A DNA stretch of 64,000 nucleotides from an uncultured Candidatus Saccharibacteria bacterium (lineage in GTDB: Bacteria; Patescibacteriota; Saccharimonadia; Saccharimonadales; Saccharimonadaceae), in assembly GCA_963535375.1 (NCBI GenBank), contig CAUSVT010000004.1, positions 41,719-105,718 on the forward strand, written 5' to 3'. The translations under genes were made by a program, and so were the position numbers. The notes under the pieces are model-generated. The model was not told where the DNA came from. It saw only the letters and a program-made list of their open reading frames with translations, and searched no databases. Of this stretch, positions 1 through 7,377 are shown one piece after another; the first letter of the stretch is position 1; every line of letters begins with the position of its first letter.

Positions 1-406
1 CAGTAACTTTTTCACCCAAGAATGCCTCAGCATCAGCCTTGATCTTGCTAAGGATCATAGCTGAAACTTCTTCTGGTGTGTATTCTTTATCGCCCATCTC
101 TACTGCTACACCGGTACCTTTTTTAACAATCTGGTATGGCATGATATCGAGGTCTTTTTGGACTTCCTTGTCAGTAAACTTACGGCCGATCAAACGCTTG
201 ACACCGTAAATAGTATTCTTTGGATTGGTCACTCGCTGACGCTGAGCCACTTGTCCAACCAAGCGCTCACCCTTTTTATTAATTGCCACCACTGATGGCG
301 TGGTACGGTTACCTTCGGCGTTAGCGATAACTTCTGGCTTACCTGCCAGCATATACGCAAAGGCACTGTTAGTTGTACCGAGGTCAATTCCGATAATTTT
401 ACCCAT
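1..406 (-). CDS. dnaK: Chaperone DnaK (Hsp70), N-terminal 135 aa; the gene runs off the window start
   Basis: Reverse translation from the ATG at 404-406 gives [19 protein letters not shown]...[10 protein letters not shown]...VKRLIGRKF, the canonical Hsp70 ATPase N-terminus. It is absent from the ORF track because it is open-ended. Confidence 0.96.
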   Translation of the reverse strand, partial: MGKIIGIDLGTTNSAFAYMLAGKPEVIANAEGNRTTPSVVAINKKGERLVGQVAQRQRVTNPKNTIYGVKRLIGRKFTDKEVQKDLDIMPYQIVKKGTGVAVEMGDKEYTPEEVSAMILSKIKADAEAFLGEKVT

Positions 407-456
407 ATGATTCCCCTTTCTTATTATAATCACATCTGGTTTTTCTTATATTCATT

Positions 457-483
457 TTAGCACTCTTTTATGTCGAGTGCCAA
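457..483. promoter_or_regulatory. CIRCE operator 1 (HrcA site) upstream of dnaK
   Basis: TTAGCACTC-N9-GAGTGCCAA has one mismatch to the consensus TTAGCACTC-N9-GAGTGCTAA. It lies about 25 nt upstream of a TATAAT-like box at 423-428. Confidence 0.85.
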
Positions 484-501
484 CTATTTCAGTATAAATA
501 A

Positions 502-528
502 TTAGCACTCGCGTGTCAAGAGTGCTAA
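502..528. promoter_or_regulatory. CIRCE operator 2, a perfect consensus
   Basis: TTAGCACTC-GCGTGTCAA-GAGTGCTAA matches the CIRCE consensus exactly. It lies 18 nt from CIRCE 1. Confidence 0.9.
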
Positions 529-548
529 TTATTTATTTAGTGTCTTTA

Positions 549-3500
549 TTACATCTTTTTGCGAATGAACCAAACTCCGGCACCACCAGCTGTTACCGCT
601 ACTACTGTTACAGCGATGACGCTAGCACCGGTATCTGCCAAGTAGCCGCCCTTGTTGGTCGCCTGAGCGTTCTTGCCAGTACCGTTGGTTGTCGCACCGC
701 CGGGGTTAGTAGGTCCGGCAGGATTACCAGTACCACCACCAACGCCAGGGTTAGTTTGCTGTTGGCGCTCGTAGACACCGACTGGGTCTACGATGGTACC
801 ATTTGCAGCCTTATCTTCATCACCAAAGCCACCGTCAGTCAGATCATACGTCACCGTCGTGTGCTTACCGTCAGCAGTCGTGCCAAATATAACGCGATTA
901 GTAATATCTTCTTTGATGGCGCCATTACTTATCTTAACCACGGCTAATTGACTATGATCAGCGTAGTGTTTACTCAGAGTCAGCGTCACACGCGTTGTGT
1001 AGCCGACCTTGGCAGTTTGGCCAGTACAGTTGATGGTAAAGCCAACGATGTCACGCAAGACACGGCCGTCATAATCATTCGGAGCAGCTGCCACTGCGGC
1101 TGAAGCAATGTTGTAGCACTGGGTGCCAGCTGTAGCAACAGTCACCGTACCACCACCTGGCTGCGCAACAGTCGCTGAAGTGGTTGGCGTGGTTGGCGTC
1201 GGCACTGGATTGACAACAACAGCGTTCAATTTTGCTTGCAGCGCTGCTTTTTTAGCAGGATCTTGCACCTTATTCACTAAGACCTTAGCAGCATCAACGG
1301 CACTTTGTGTTTTGTCAGCTTCTGCCTTGGCAACTGCAGCCTGAGCAGCGTCTTGAGCGTCTTGCTCTTTTTGTTTGGCGCTAGCCACTGCACTGTTGAG
1401 GTTAGCTATCGCTGATTGAAGGTCTGACGCAGATGGATTTGCTTGATTCAAGACAGTCTTGGCAGCAGCGAGAGCTGAAGCAACTGTCGGATCAGACTTG
1501 ATGTATGATGGTGTCGCTTCTACAGCAGTGATGGCTGCTTGCAAGCTTGCTTTATCAATTTTCAGTGCATCGAGCTTGCCCTGTAAGGCTGTGCGTGCAT
1601 TGTCCAGCTCAGACACTGAGGCATTCGCGTTATTTATAACTGCTTCAGCTGCCGTGACCTGTGCCTGAAGAGCGGCAATAGTACTACTACTCATACCGGC
1701 AACAGTGGCTGGATCTTTAGCTTTAGCGATCAATGCAGTGAGGGCTGAGCGAGCACCAGAAATAGCGTTGATTACCGCATCGAGCCTTGCCTGGAAGGCG
1801 GCCTTCTTGCCTGCGTCACCTACTACATCAACTTTGGTTTTAGCGGCAGCAACATCAGATGGACGCTTGGTCGATTCAGCATTTGCTACTGCTGCTTCAG
1901 CCGCGGTAACTTTCTGCTCCTCTTCACTTGGACCAACCGGTGCATTGTTAGCAGTCGTGTAGATGGCGCCACCGTATGCTGCTGCAGCGATTTTCGAGCC
2001 GTCGGCAGAGCTGGCAATTGCTGCCCAGTTTGGCACACCAGCAGACGTCTGAGCCACCCAGGTTGCACCACCGTCATTTGAGCTGTAAATGTATCCACCG
2101 CCACCAGCAGTTGCTGAAAGTTTTTGACCATCGTCAGAAATAGTAACCGCAGTCCAGTTATGAAGTCCATCAGCCGCTCGCTCAGTCCAGGTTGCACCAG
2201 CGTTGGCGGAAGTGTAAATCCTGCCACCAGTTGCTGTTGCTACTAATTTATTGCCATCGGCGGAACTAGCAACTGCTGACCATTTACGAGAGCCTGAGTT
2301 TGCCTGTGCAGTCCAAGTTACGCCAGCGTCGGATGAGGTAAAGACTGTGTCATCCTCAACCGTTGCCACCAACTTGTTGCCATCGGCGGAACTAGCAACT
2401 GCTGACCATTTACGAGAGCCTGAGTTTGCCTGTGCAGTCCAAGTTACGCCAGCGTCGGATGAGGTAAAGACTGTGCTGTCTTTGGCCACAGCTACTAACC
2501 TGTTGCCATCGGCGGAACTAGCGATTGCCGTCCAGTTGTGAGACCCAGGGACACCACGTGCGGTCCAGTTTGCGCCAGCGTCGGATGAGGTAAAGATATA
2601 ACCACCCCAGTCGTATAGTGCAGCCAGTTTATTACCGTCAGCAGAGCTGGCAACTGCTAGCCAGTTGCGGTCGCCCGCCCCAGGGTGCTCAGTCCAGTTC
2701 GCGCCAGCATCGGATGAGGTGTGAATCTTACCGCCCCATGCTGCTGCAACCAATTTACTGCCGTCAGTAGACCCGGCGATTGAGGACCAATTTTGAGAAC
2801 CTGCCGCATCACGCTTAGACCATGCTGCACCCGTCTTTGGTACAGGTGTCTCAGCCGGCTGTGTGCCCGCACCCTTTTGGAATACACGAACGTAGTCGAT
2901 CAACATGGTTTGCTTCGGGAAGCTATCTGAAGGAGAGATTGGTTTCTGATCCGCATCTGCCTCCACGTAGTCGTTTATGATAAAGCGCCATCCCTCATCA
3001 AACGTCTTTTTAATCAATGATGCGTCAGCTAATTTTGTCAGAGGAGCAGCTGGTGTACGTTCAATCTCCTTGCTGTCAGTAGGACTGGCGTGATAATGAT
3101 ATGCGGTGATTGGCTTGTCGTCCACAAAATATTTAACCGTCTCGCCGTCATACTCGACCGCCCATGTGTGCCATTCATAGGCCAATGTACCTGGCTTGGA
3201 GCCTGCTCGGTGTTCATCGCTGTGGATAATCCTCCTGGTTCGCCAACCATTTTTCCAATTGCCAGAAACGCCATGATGGTAACAGGTAGCATGGGTACTT
3301 GACCAGGTATATGCTGGTGTGTAGGAGTACCATTCAATAATGTCTAGCTCGCCGTATGGGTCATTAGCATTAGGATTATCATTACAATTCTTTAATGAGA
3401 CACCATTAACCATCCACAGTGATGGTCGTGTACCGTTTTTTCCATTCCAATTGAATTTGGCACGAATCTCGGCGCGGAAAGGTTTTGTACCATCCACCAC

Positions 3501-3866
3501 CTTAGTCTTATTTGTCACCCGACCGCTAAGGTATCGTGTCATCTTACCACTTGGACATGGCGTTTCGCTAGCATTAGAGTCATTCAATGGTTCATCAAGA
3601 TTTGCAACACAGTGGCGCTGCGTTTTGATCTCTAGATAATCATTGTTGACAACCTTGACGTTGCTCGGATTGTAGGCTAGGTGATTATTGCCATAATTAT
3701 CTTTATTTTGTTTGAATACGTCCCAGCTATCAGGCACTGAGGTGCCTTTAAACTCCTCGCTCCACACAACGCCCCATTGACTTGCATTGGTGCTACCGTT
3801 GTACAGTAAAGCTAACAATAAGATACCACCAGCTGATACTAGTGCTACGAATAATCGTTTCGCCAT
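549..3866 (-). CDS. Cell-wall-anchored multidomain surface protein: signal peptide, GH16 glycoside hydrolase, 7-blade BNR/Asp-box propeller, Ala-rich helical (FIVAR-like) stalk, beta-rich C-domain, LAxTG sorting signal
   Basis: The N-terminus MAKRLFVALVSAGGILLLALL looks like a signal peptide. The GH16 catalytic motif ExDxxE appears as GELDIIEWY, with RPSLWMV nearby. There are repeated SSDAGANWT / SSDAGVTWT Asp-boxes with a 42-aa period. A PT linker follows. The C-terminus has YLADTG, a hydrophobic segment and RKKM. Confidence 0.8.
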   Translation of the reverse strand: MAKRLFVALVSAGGILLLALLYNGSTNASQWGVVWSEEFKGTSVPDSWDVFKQNKDNYGNNHLAYNPSNVKVVNNDYLEIKTQRHCVANLDEPLNDSNASETPCPSGKMTRYLSGRVTNKTKVVDGTKPFRAEIRAKFNWNGKNGTRPSLWMVNGVSLKNCNDNPNANDPYGELDIIEWYSYTPAYTWSSTHATCYHHGVSGNWKNGWRTRRIIHSDEHRAGSKPGTLAYEWHTWAVEYDGETVKYFVDDKPITAYHYHASPTDSKEIERTPAAPLTKLADASLIKKTFDEGWRFIINDYVEADADQKPISPSDSFPKQTMLIDYVRVFQKGAGTQPAETPVPKTGAAWSKRDAAGSQNWSSIAGSTDGSKLVAAAWGGKIHTSSDAGANWTEHPGAGDRNWLAVASSADGNKLAALYDWGGYIFTSSDAGANWTARGVPGSHNWTAIASSADGNRLVAVAKDSTVFTSSDAGVTWTAQANSGSRKWSAVASSADGNKLVATVEDDTVFTSSDAGVTWTAQANSGSRKWSAVASSADGNKLVATATGGRIYTSANAGATWTERAADGLHNWTAVTISDDGQKLSATAGGGGYIYSSNDGGATWVAQTSAGVPNWAAIASSADGSKIAAAAYGGAIYTTANNAPVGPSEEEQKVTAAEAAVANAESTKRPSDVAAAKTKVDVVGDAGKKAAFQARLDAVINAISGARSALTALIAKAKDPATVAGMSSSTIAALQAQVTAAEAVINNANASVSELDNARTALQGKLDALKIDKASLQAAITAVEATPSYIKSDPTVASALAAAKTVLNQANPSASDLQSAIANLNSAVASAKQKEQDAQDAAQAAVAKAEADKTQSAVDAAKVLVNKVQDPAKKAALQAKLNAVVVNPVPTPTTPTTSATVAQPGGGTVTVATAGTQCYNIASAAVAAAPNDYDGRVLRDIVGFTINCTGQTAKVGYTTRVTLTLSKHYADHSQLAVVKISNGAIKEDITNRVIFGTTADGKHTTVTYDLTDGGFGDEDKAANGTIVDPVGVYERQQQTNPGVGGGTGNPAGPTNPGGATTNGTGKNAQATNKGGYLADTGASVIAVTVVAVTAGGAGVWFIRKKM
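2251..2522. repeat. 126-bp in-frame tandem repeat (about 2.2 units) inside the propeller-coding region
   Basis: Positions 2251-2349 are identical to 2377-2475 (99 nt). A third unit start at 2503-2522 is identical for 20 nt. Confidence 0.9.
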
Positions 3867-3909
3867 CCCCTTTTTCTCCCTGTGTTTATGTTAAAAACTC
3901 TTGCCAAAA

Positions 3910-3938
3910 ATTATAGCGCTAATACGTTCTGCTTGCAA
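3910..3938 (-). promoter_or_regulatory. Sigma70-type promoter of the GH16/BNR surface-protein gene
   Basis: On the minus strand, TTGCAA (3933-3938) is followed by a 17-nt spacer and TATAAT (3910-3915). A 43-nt leader ending in GGGAGAAAAAGGGG precedes the ATG. Confidence 0.65.
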
Positions 3939-3986
3939 GCATTGTTGTAAATAAAACTACTGATGTCTGGGGTGAAATACAGTAAA

Positions 3987-4451
3987 TTATCGCCGCGTGA
4001 CTTTGACCATTGCGTCGCGAATCACCGTGCCGTCAAGGGTATAACCAGCGCGTAGCTCTTCAGCAACAACCTCTTTTTCGCCGTCAGCCGCTTCATCAAA
4101 TTGCACCGCCTGATGCAGCTCAGGATTAAACAACGCCCCCGGTTTGGCATCAATTTTTTCTAAGCCAATTTCTTTGAGCTGCTTGTCGAGCTGTTTGCCC
4201 AAACCAGCTACACCTTTAGCCCAGGCGTTATCTGCTAGCTCCTCCGGCACATTAGCAATCGCTCGCTCAATTGTGTCAATCACTGGTAACAGTTTCATCA
4301 CTGACTTGGCCTGACCCATGCTGTGGGCTGACTGCTTTTCCGCCTCGACGCGCTTGCGATAATTCTCAAAATCAGCCCGCGTCCGCTGTAAGTCCAGGGT
4401 CAACTCATCAATAGTATGTTGCAAATCATCAATCTTCTTGTGTTTCGTCAT
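3987..4451 (-). CDS. grpE: Nucleotide exchange factor GrpE
   Basis: 154 aa. It has a coiled-coil N-terminus with RTRADFENYRKR, and the C-terminal segment LRAGYTLDGTVIRDAMVKV is typical of GrpE. Confidence 0.9.
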   Translation of the reverse strand: MTKHKKIDDLQHTIDELTLDLQRTRADFENYRKRVEAEKQSAHSMGQAKSVMKLLPVIDTIERAIANVPEELADNAWAKGVAGLGKQLDKQLKEIGLEKIDAKPGALFNPELHQAVQFDEAADGEKEVVAEELRAGYTLDGTVIRDAMVKVTRR

Positions 4452-4466
4452 ATTCCTCCTCTATCC

Positions 4467-5174
4467 TTACACTTCCTCTAACATCGCACCCGTTCGCCTC
4501 ACCAGCTCCATCGTTCGACGGTAATTCTGCCGAGTCGGACCAATCACGCCGATGTAACTGCGATCACTAAACGATGAACGAAACTTACTGATGATCAGGG
4601 TCGCGCCGCTGGCTTTACCGATTGGGTTCTCACTACCAATGAACACGTTGAGCGGTTCATTGGGCGCAGCTTCAACTAGCCAGGGCTCAATATTGTCAAT
4701 CAGTCTGGCGATAGCCTGAACGTGATTGCCTTCAATAAACTCTGGCTGAGAAAATAGCTGCGTCATACCATTCATGTACAGATGATCACCAAACGAGGCA
4801 AAACCAAAATTACCCGTCAGCTCAACCAGGCTGTCAACCGCGCTGCGGATGGCCCTGTCAGATTTATCAACGTGCGAATTAACATGTGCCTCGATCGCCC
4901 TCGCACTGCGATCGATACCACTTGGTAGTTCAGTCATTTGAGCGGCAGTGATACCATTGACATAAAACCGATAGCCTTTGTCAGTCGGGATACGGCCGGC
5001 ACTGGTGTGTGGTGCCTCAATAAATCCCATCTCCTCGAGCTTGGCCATTTCGCTGCGGATGGTAGCGCTGGACACACCAAATAATTTGGCGAGTGTCACA
5101 CTGCCAACTGGTGCGGCAATTTCAGCGTACTGTTCAATGATAGTGGCCAAGATGGCCTGCTGGCGTTCGGTCAT
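4467..5174 (-). CDS. hrcA: Heat-inducible repressor HrcA, compact 235-aa form
   Basis: [16 protein letters not shown]...[37 protein letters not shown] is the HrcA winged helix. I placed the start at the ATG at 5172-5174 because the GTG at 5201 lies inside the CIRCE/-10 region. Confidence 0.85.
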   Translation of the reverse strand: MTERQQAILATIIEQYAEIAAPVGSVTLAKLFGVSSATIRSEMAKLEEMGFIEAPHTSAGRIPTDKGYRFYVNGITAAQMTELPSGIDRSARAIEAHVNSHVDKSDRAIRSAVDSLVELTGNFGFASFGDHLYMNGMTQLFSQPEFIEGNHVQAIARLIDNIEPWLVEAAPNEPLNVFIGSENPIGKASGATLIISKFRSSFSDRSYIGVIGPTRQNYRRTMELVRRTGAMLEEV

Positions 5175-5194
5175 GCCTGTATTATAGCGTACAT

Positions 5195-5221
5195 CTGGCA
5201 CTCATACAAGTAGAGTGCTAA
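5195..5221. promoter_or_regulatory. CIRCE operator 3, upstream of hrcA
   Basis: CTGGCACTC-ATACAAGTA-GAGTGCTAA has two mismatches in the left arm. It sits immediately upstream of the TATAAT at 5181-5186, which is 6 nt from the hrcA ATG. It overlaps the stop codon of the upstream gene. Confidence 0.75.
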
Positions 5222-6654
5222 GTTGTCTTTTGCTTGGCACGGCGTGCAGTCGTGCGGGTGTGCGTGAACTGCCTGGCTGCATCAGATGATAGCATCAGGA
5301 TGATCGTGATATTGATGCCGATGAACGCCAGAGTGCCAACGCTTGTCCAGGTGATTTTACCGATAGTCAAGGTGAATGAGGTTGCCAGCACTGACAGGCT
5401 CGACAATATCATCAAGAGTAGCCTATCTTTGTTAGAGCCGCGGAACGTACCTCGTGACAGCACAGCTGTTACTAAGATCCAGCCCGCGCTCAAACTCAGC
5501 ACTCCTCGGATCGTCCACTCCGCTCCTGTGGCGGCCACAGAAGTGTCCAGGCCTTCAACGATAAAGTCCTGGGTTGTCTGATGCAACAATTCGTCAAACA
5601 GCAAAAAATCAAACAAGGCGCCCATCAGGACAATCATCATAGCCAAGGCCGTAAACAAAATAGCAAACGATATTTGCGGCGGCCGGCGATTCCACAGCTG
5701 CTGCAGCACCGTGTCGTGTTCTTCCGTGGAGACTGCATATTCATGAGCTGTTGCGTCCAGAATAACCCCCGCTCTCTCGGCAATTATCTGCTGATTTGCC
5801 ACGACTGCCGCCAGTTCCAAGACTGGTAAGTCACCGTCAGTCTGGATGCTGTCACCACCGCCATTGCGCGAGTGATAACCCGTCGAAAAGTCTTTCAAAT
5901 TTGTCACTGCCACCTGTGGTGTATGTTCGGTGACGGTACTCACAATATAGTCACGCTCGATGTCAGTATTTTCATCAATTTTATGAGTAACTTGCAGAGT
6001 AAACAATGACAATCCAACACTTTTGTCGTATGTCCCTGCTGCCAGCCAATCGACCTGATGGCCGCCAGGCAGCAACCAGCCCTGAGGGCAGCGCCAAAAC
6101 CGCACGTGATGACGTTTACCGGGGCTGCCATCTACTTCTTGCTGGTAGGCAAAGTCTTGGCGACGGCCAAACAAAAACAGCGATGACACAGGAGCTGAAG
6201 CATAGCTCCTGCCAGTCAGCGTAGAAAAAATTATCTTCCAAGCTGACCGAACGGTGATTTCATCAGCAATCGTCCAACCAGCATCAATCATCGCTTGATG
6301 CAGCTGTGCTTCTGAACCTCTGAGCGCCACGTTGACTGGATCACCCAACAATCCATCAGCAGTCCGCGTACGACCGATGAAATAGTTCGGTACATACAGG
6401 CTACTTAAAATACGGTGCAAGCGAGGCAAGGCCAAGTAGGCCATGATGACCCAAAACAGCGCAAAAAACGCCACCAGCCACCAGCCACCAGAATACCAAC
6501 CCTCACGCCAAACCAACCAACCAAACCAAAATGAAGCCAAACCGGCCAACAAGAAAAACGCTTGGTCGATCAGCGCAGACAATGACCACGGCGAACGACG
6601 CAATGCCGAAGCTCGTTTTTGGATATGGTCAGAAACCTGATGACGATAACTCAT
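5218..6654 (-). CDS. Polytopic membrane protein with an LssY-C-like domain (function unknown)
   Basis: 478 aa with several hydrophobic segments. The central stretch LGDPVNVALRGSEAQLHQAMIDAGWTIADE resembles the LssY C-terminal family as I remember it. Confidence 0.5.
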   Translation of the reverse strand: MSYRHQVSDHIQKRASALRRSPWSLSALIDQAFFLLAGLASFWFGWLVWREGWYSGGWWLVAFFALFWVIMAYLALPRLHRILSSLYVPNYFIGRTRTADGLLGDPVNVALRGSEAQLHQAMIDAGWTIADEITVRSAWKIIFSTLTGRSYASAPVSSLFLFGRRQDFAYQQEVDGSPGKRHHVRFWRCPQGWLLPGGHQVDWLAAGTYDKSVGLSLFTLQVTHKIDENTDIERDYIVSTVTEHTPQVAVTNLKDFSTGYHSRNGGGDSIQTDGDLPVLELAAVVANQQIIAERAGVILDATAHEYAVSTEEHDTVLQQLWNRRPPQISFAILFTALAMMIVLMGALFDFLLFDELLHQTTQDFIVEGLDTSVAATGAEWTIRGVLSLSAGWILVTAVLSRGTFRGSNKDRLLLMILSSLSVLATSFTLTIGKITWTSVGTLAFIGINITIILMLSSDAARQFTHTRTTARRAKQKTT

Positions 6655-7373
6655 ACGATATTATTATACTGTCGAATATTTTCTAAAAGCCTCCTTGCGG
6701 CCAAACGGGCTTCATCATCTTGCTGGTTAAACAAGTCACCTCGTTCAATGATGTCATGACAGACACGGACCGCTCTATTAAGGTCATCATTAATAATAAC
6801 ATGATAATACGGTACAGAAAGTGCTTGTGTCATTTCTTTGACAGAACTAGCCAGCCGTTTCGGCCATTCAGCGTGAAATGCTTCCTCGGTAGTATACCGA
6901 CTTTTCAGGCGAGTCAGCCAGGTTTCGTAGTCGGGAGGTATGATGAAAATTGAAATACTTTGCGGAGCTAAAATCTCATATTCAGCAGCGCCCTGCACAT
7001 CAATATCAGCGATGACTGTTTTGTTTTGTTCATAGGCCGCCCGAATCTCAGCCGCCGAGGTACCATAGACTGTGCCATGAACAAATTTAGCCTCAATAAA
7101 TTCCTGATTTTTTAACATTTGTGCAGCCGTGGTCGAGTTGATGAAATGGTAATCAACACCATCAACTTCTGGGCGATTATTGTTGATGCGCGGCGCACGT
7201 GTTGTGTGCGAAACGATGCTACTAAAATCTGGAAGCTGCAATAATCGCTTTTTGATAGTGTCTTTACCGGCGCCAGAAATGCCGGTCAGTAGGGCAATCT
7301 TGGCTTTCTTGATCAGCTCGACGGTTGGCTCAGTTGGTTGATAATCAGCAATCAACCGCTCCAATTCGTCCAT
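6651..7373 (-). CDS. gmk: Guanylate kinase
   Basis: It has the P-loop GISGAGKDT, SHTTRAPR, DGVDYHF and YGTS motifs. I chose the start at M31 (7371-7373) to avoid overlapping the upstream gene, whose stop is at 7378. Confidence 0.88.
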   Translation of the reverse strand: MDELERLIADYQPTEPTVELIKKAKIALLTGISGAGKDTIKKRLLQLPDFSSIVSHTTRAPRINNNRPEVDGVDYHFINSTTAAQMLKNQEFIEAKFVHGTVYGTSAAEIRAAYEQNKTVIADIDVQGAAEYEILAPQSISIFIIPPDYETWLTRLKSRYTTEEAFHAEWPKRLASSVKEMTQALSVPYYHVIINDDLNRAVRVCHDIIERGDLFNQQDDEARLAARRLLENIRQYNNIV

Positions 7374-7377
7374 GCGT

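Noticed and set aside
513-3639. Plus-strand ORFs inside the GH16/BNR gene (513..947, 1123..1344, 1459..1668, 1705..1962, 2251..2541, 3090..3302, 3340..3639) and other-frame minus-strand ORFs (1886..2227, 2657..2887, 3038..3337).
   Set aside because: They lie antisense or out of frame within a long ORF that has clear domain motifs. Their products are low-complexity Ala/Ser/Thr-rich shadows of the repeats, and none has start signals.
5175-5201. The longer N-termini offered by the ORF track: hrcA from GTG 5201, gmk from 7463, Nudix from 24514, mscS from 24741, permease from 38141, padR from 63480, tilS from 16952, VIT1 from 28327, GH5 from 29934, Nudix from 29979, and dsbA from 34953.
   Set aside because: The extensions overlap upstream genes, operators or -10 boxes, and they add non-homologous residues ahead of conserved N-termini. 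Internal ATGs with appropriate -10 or SD spacing fit better.
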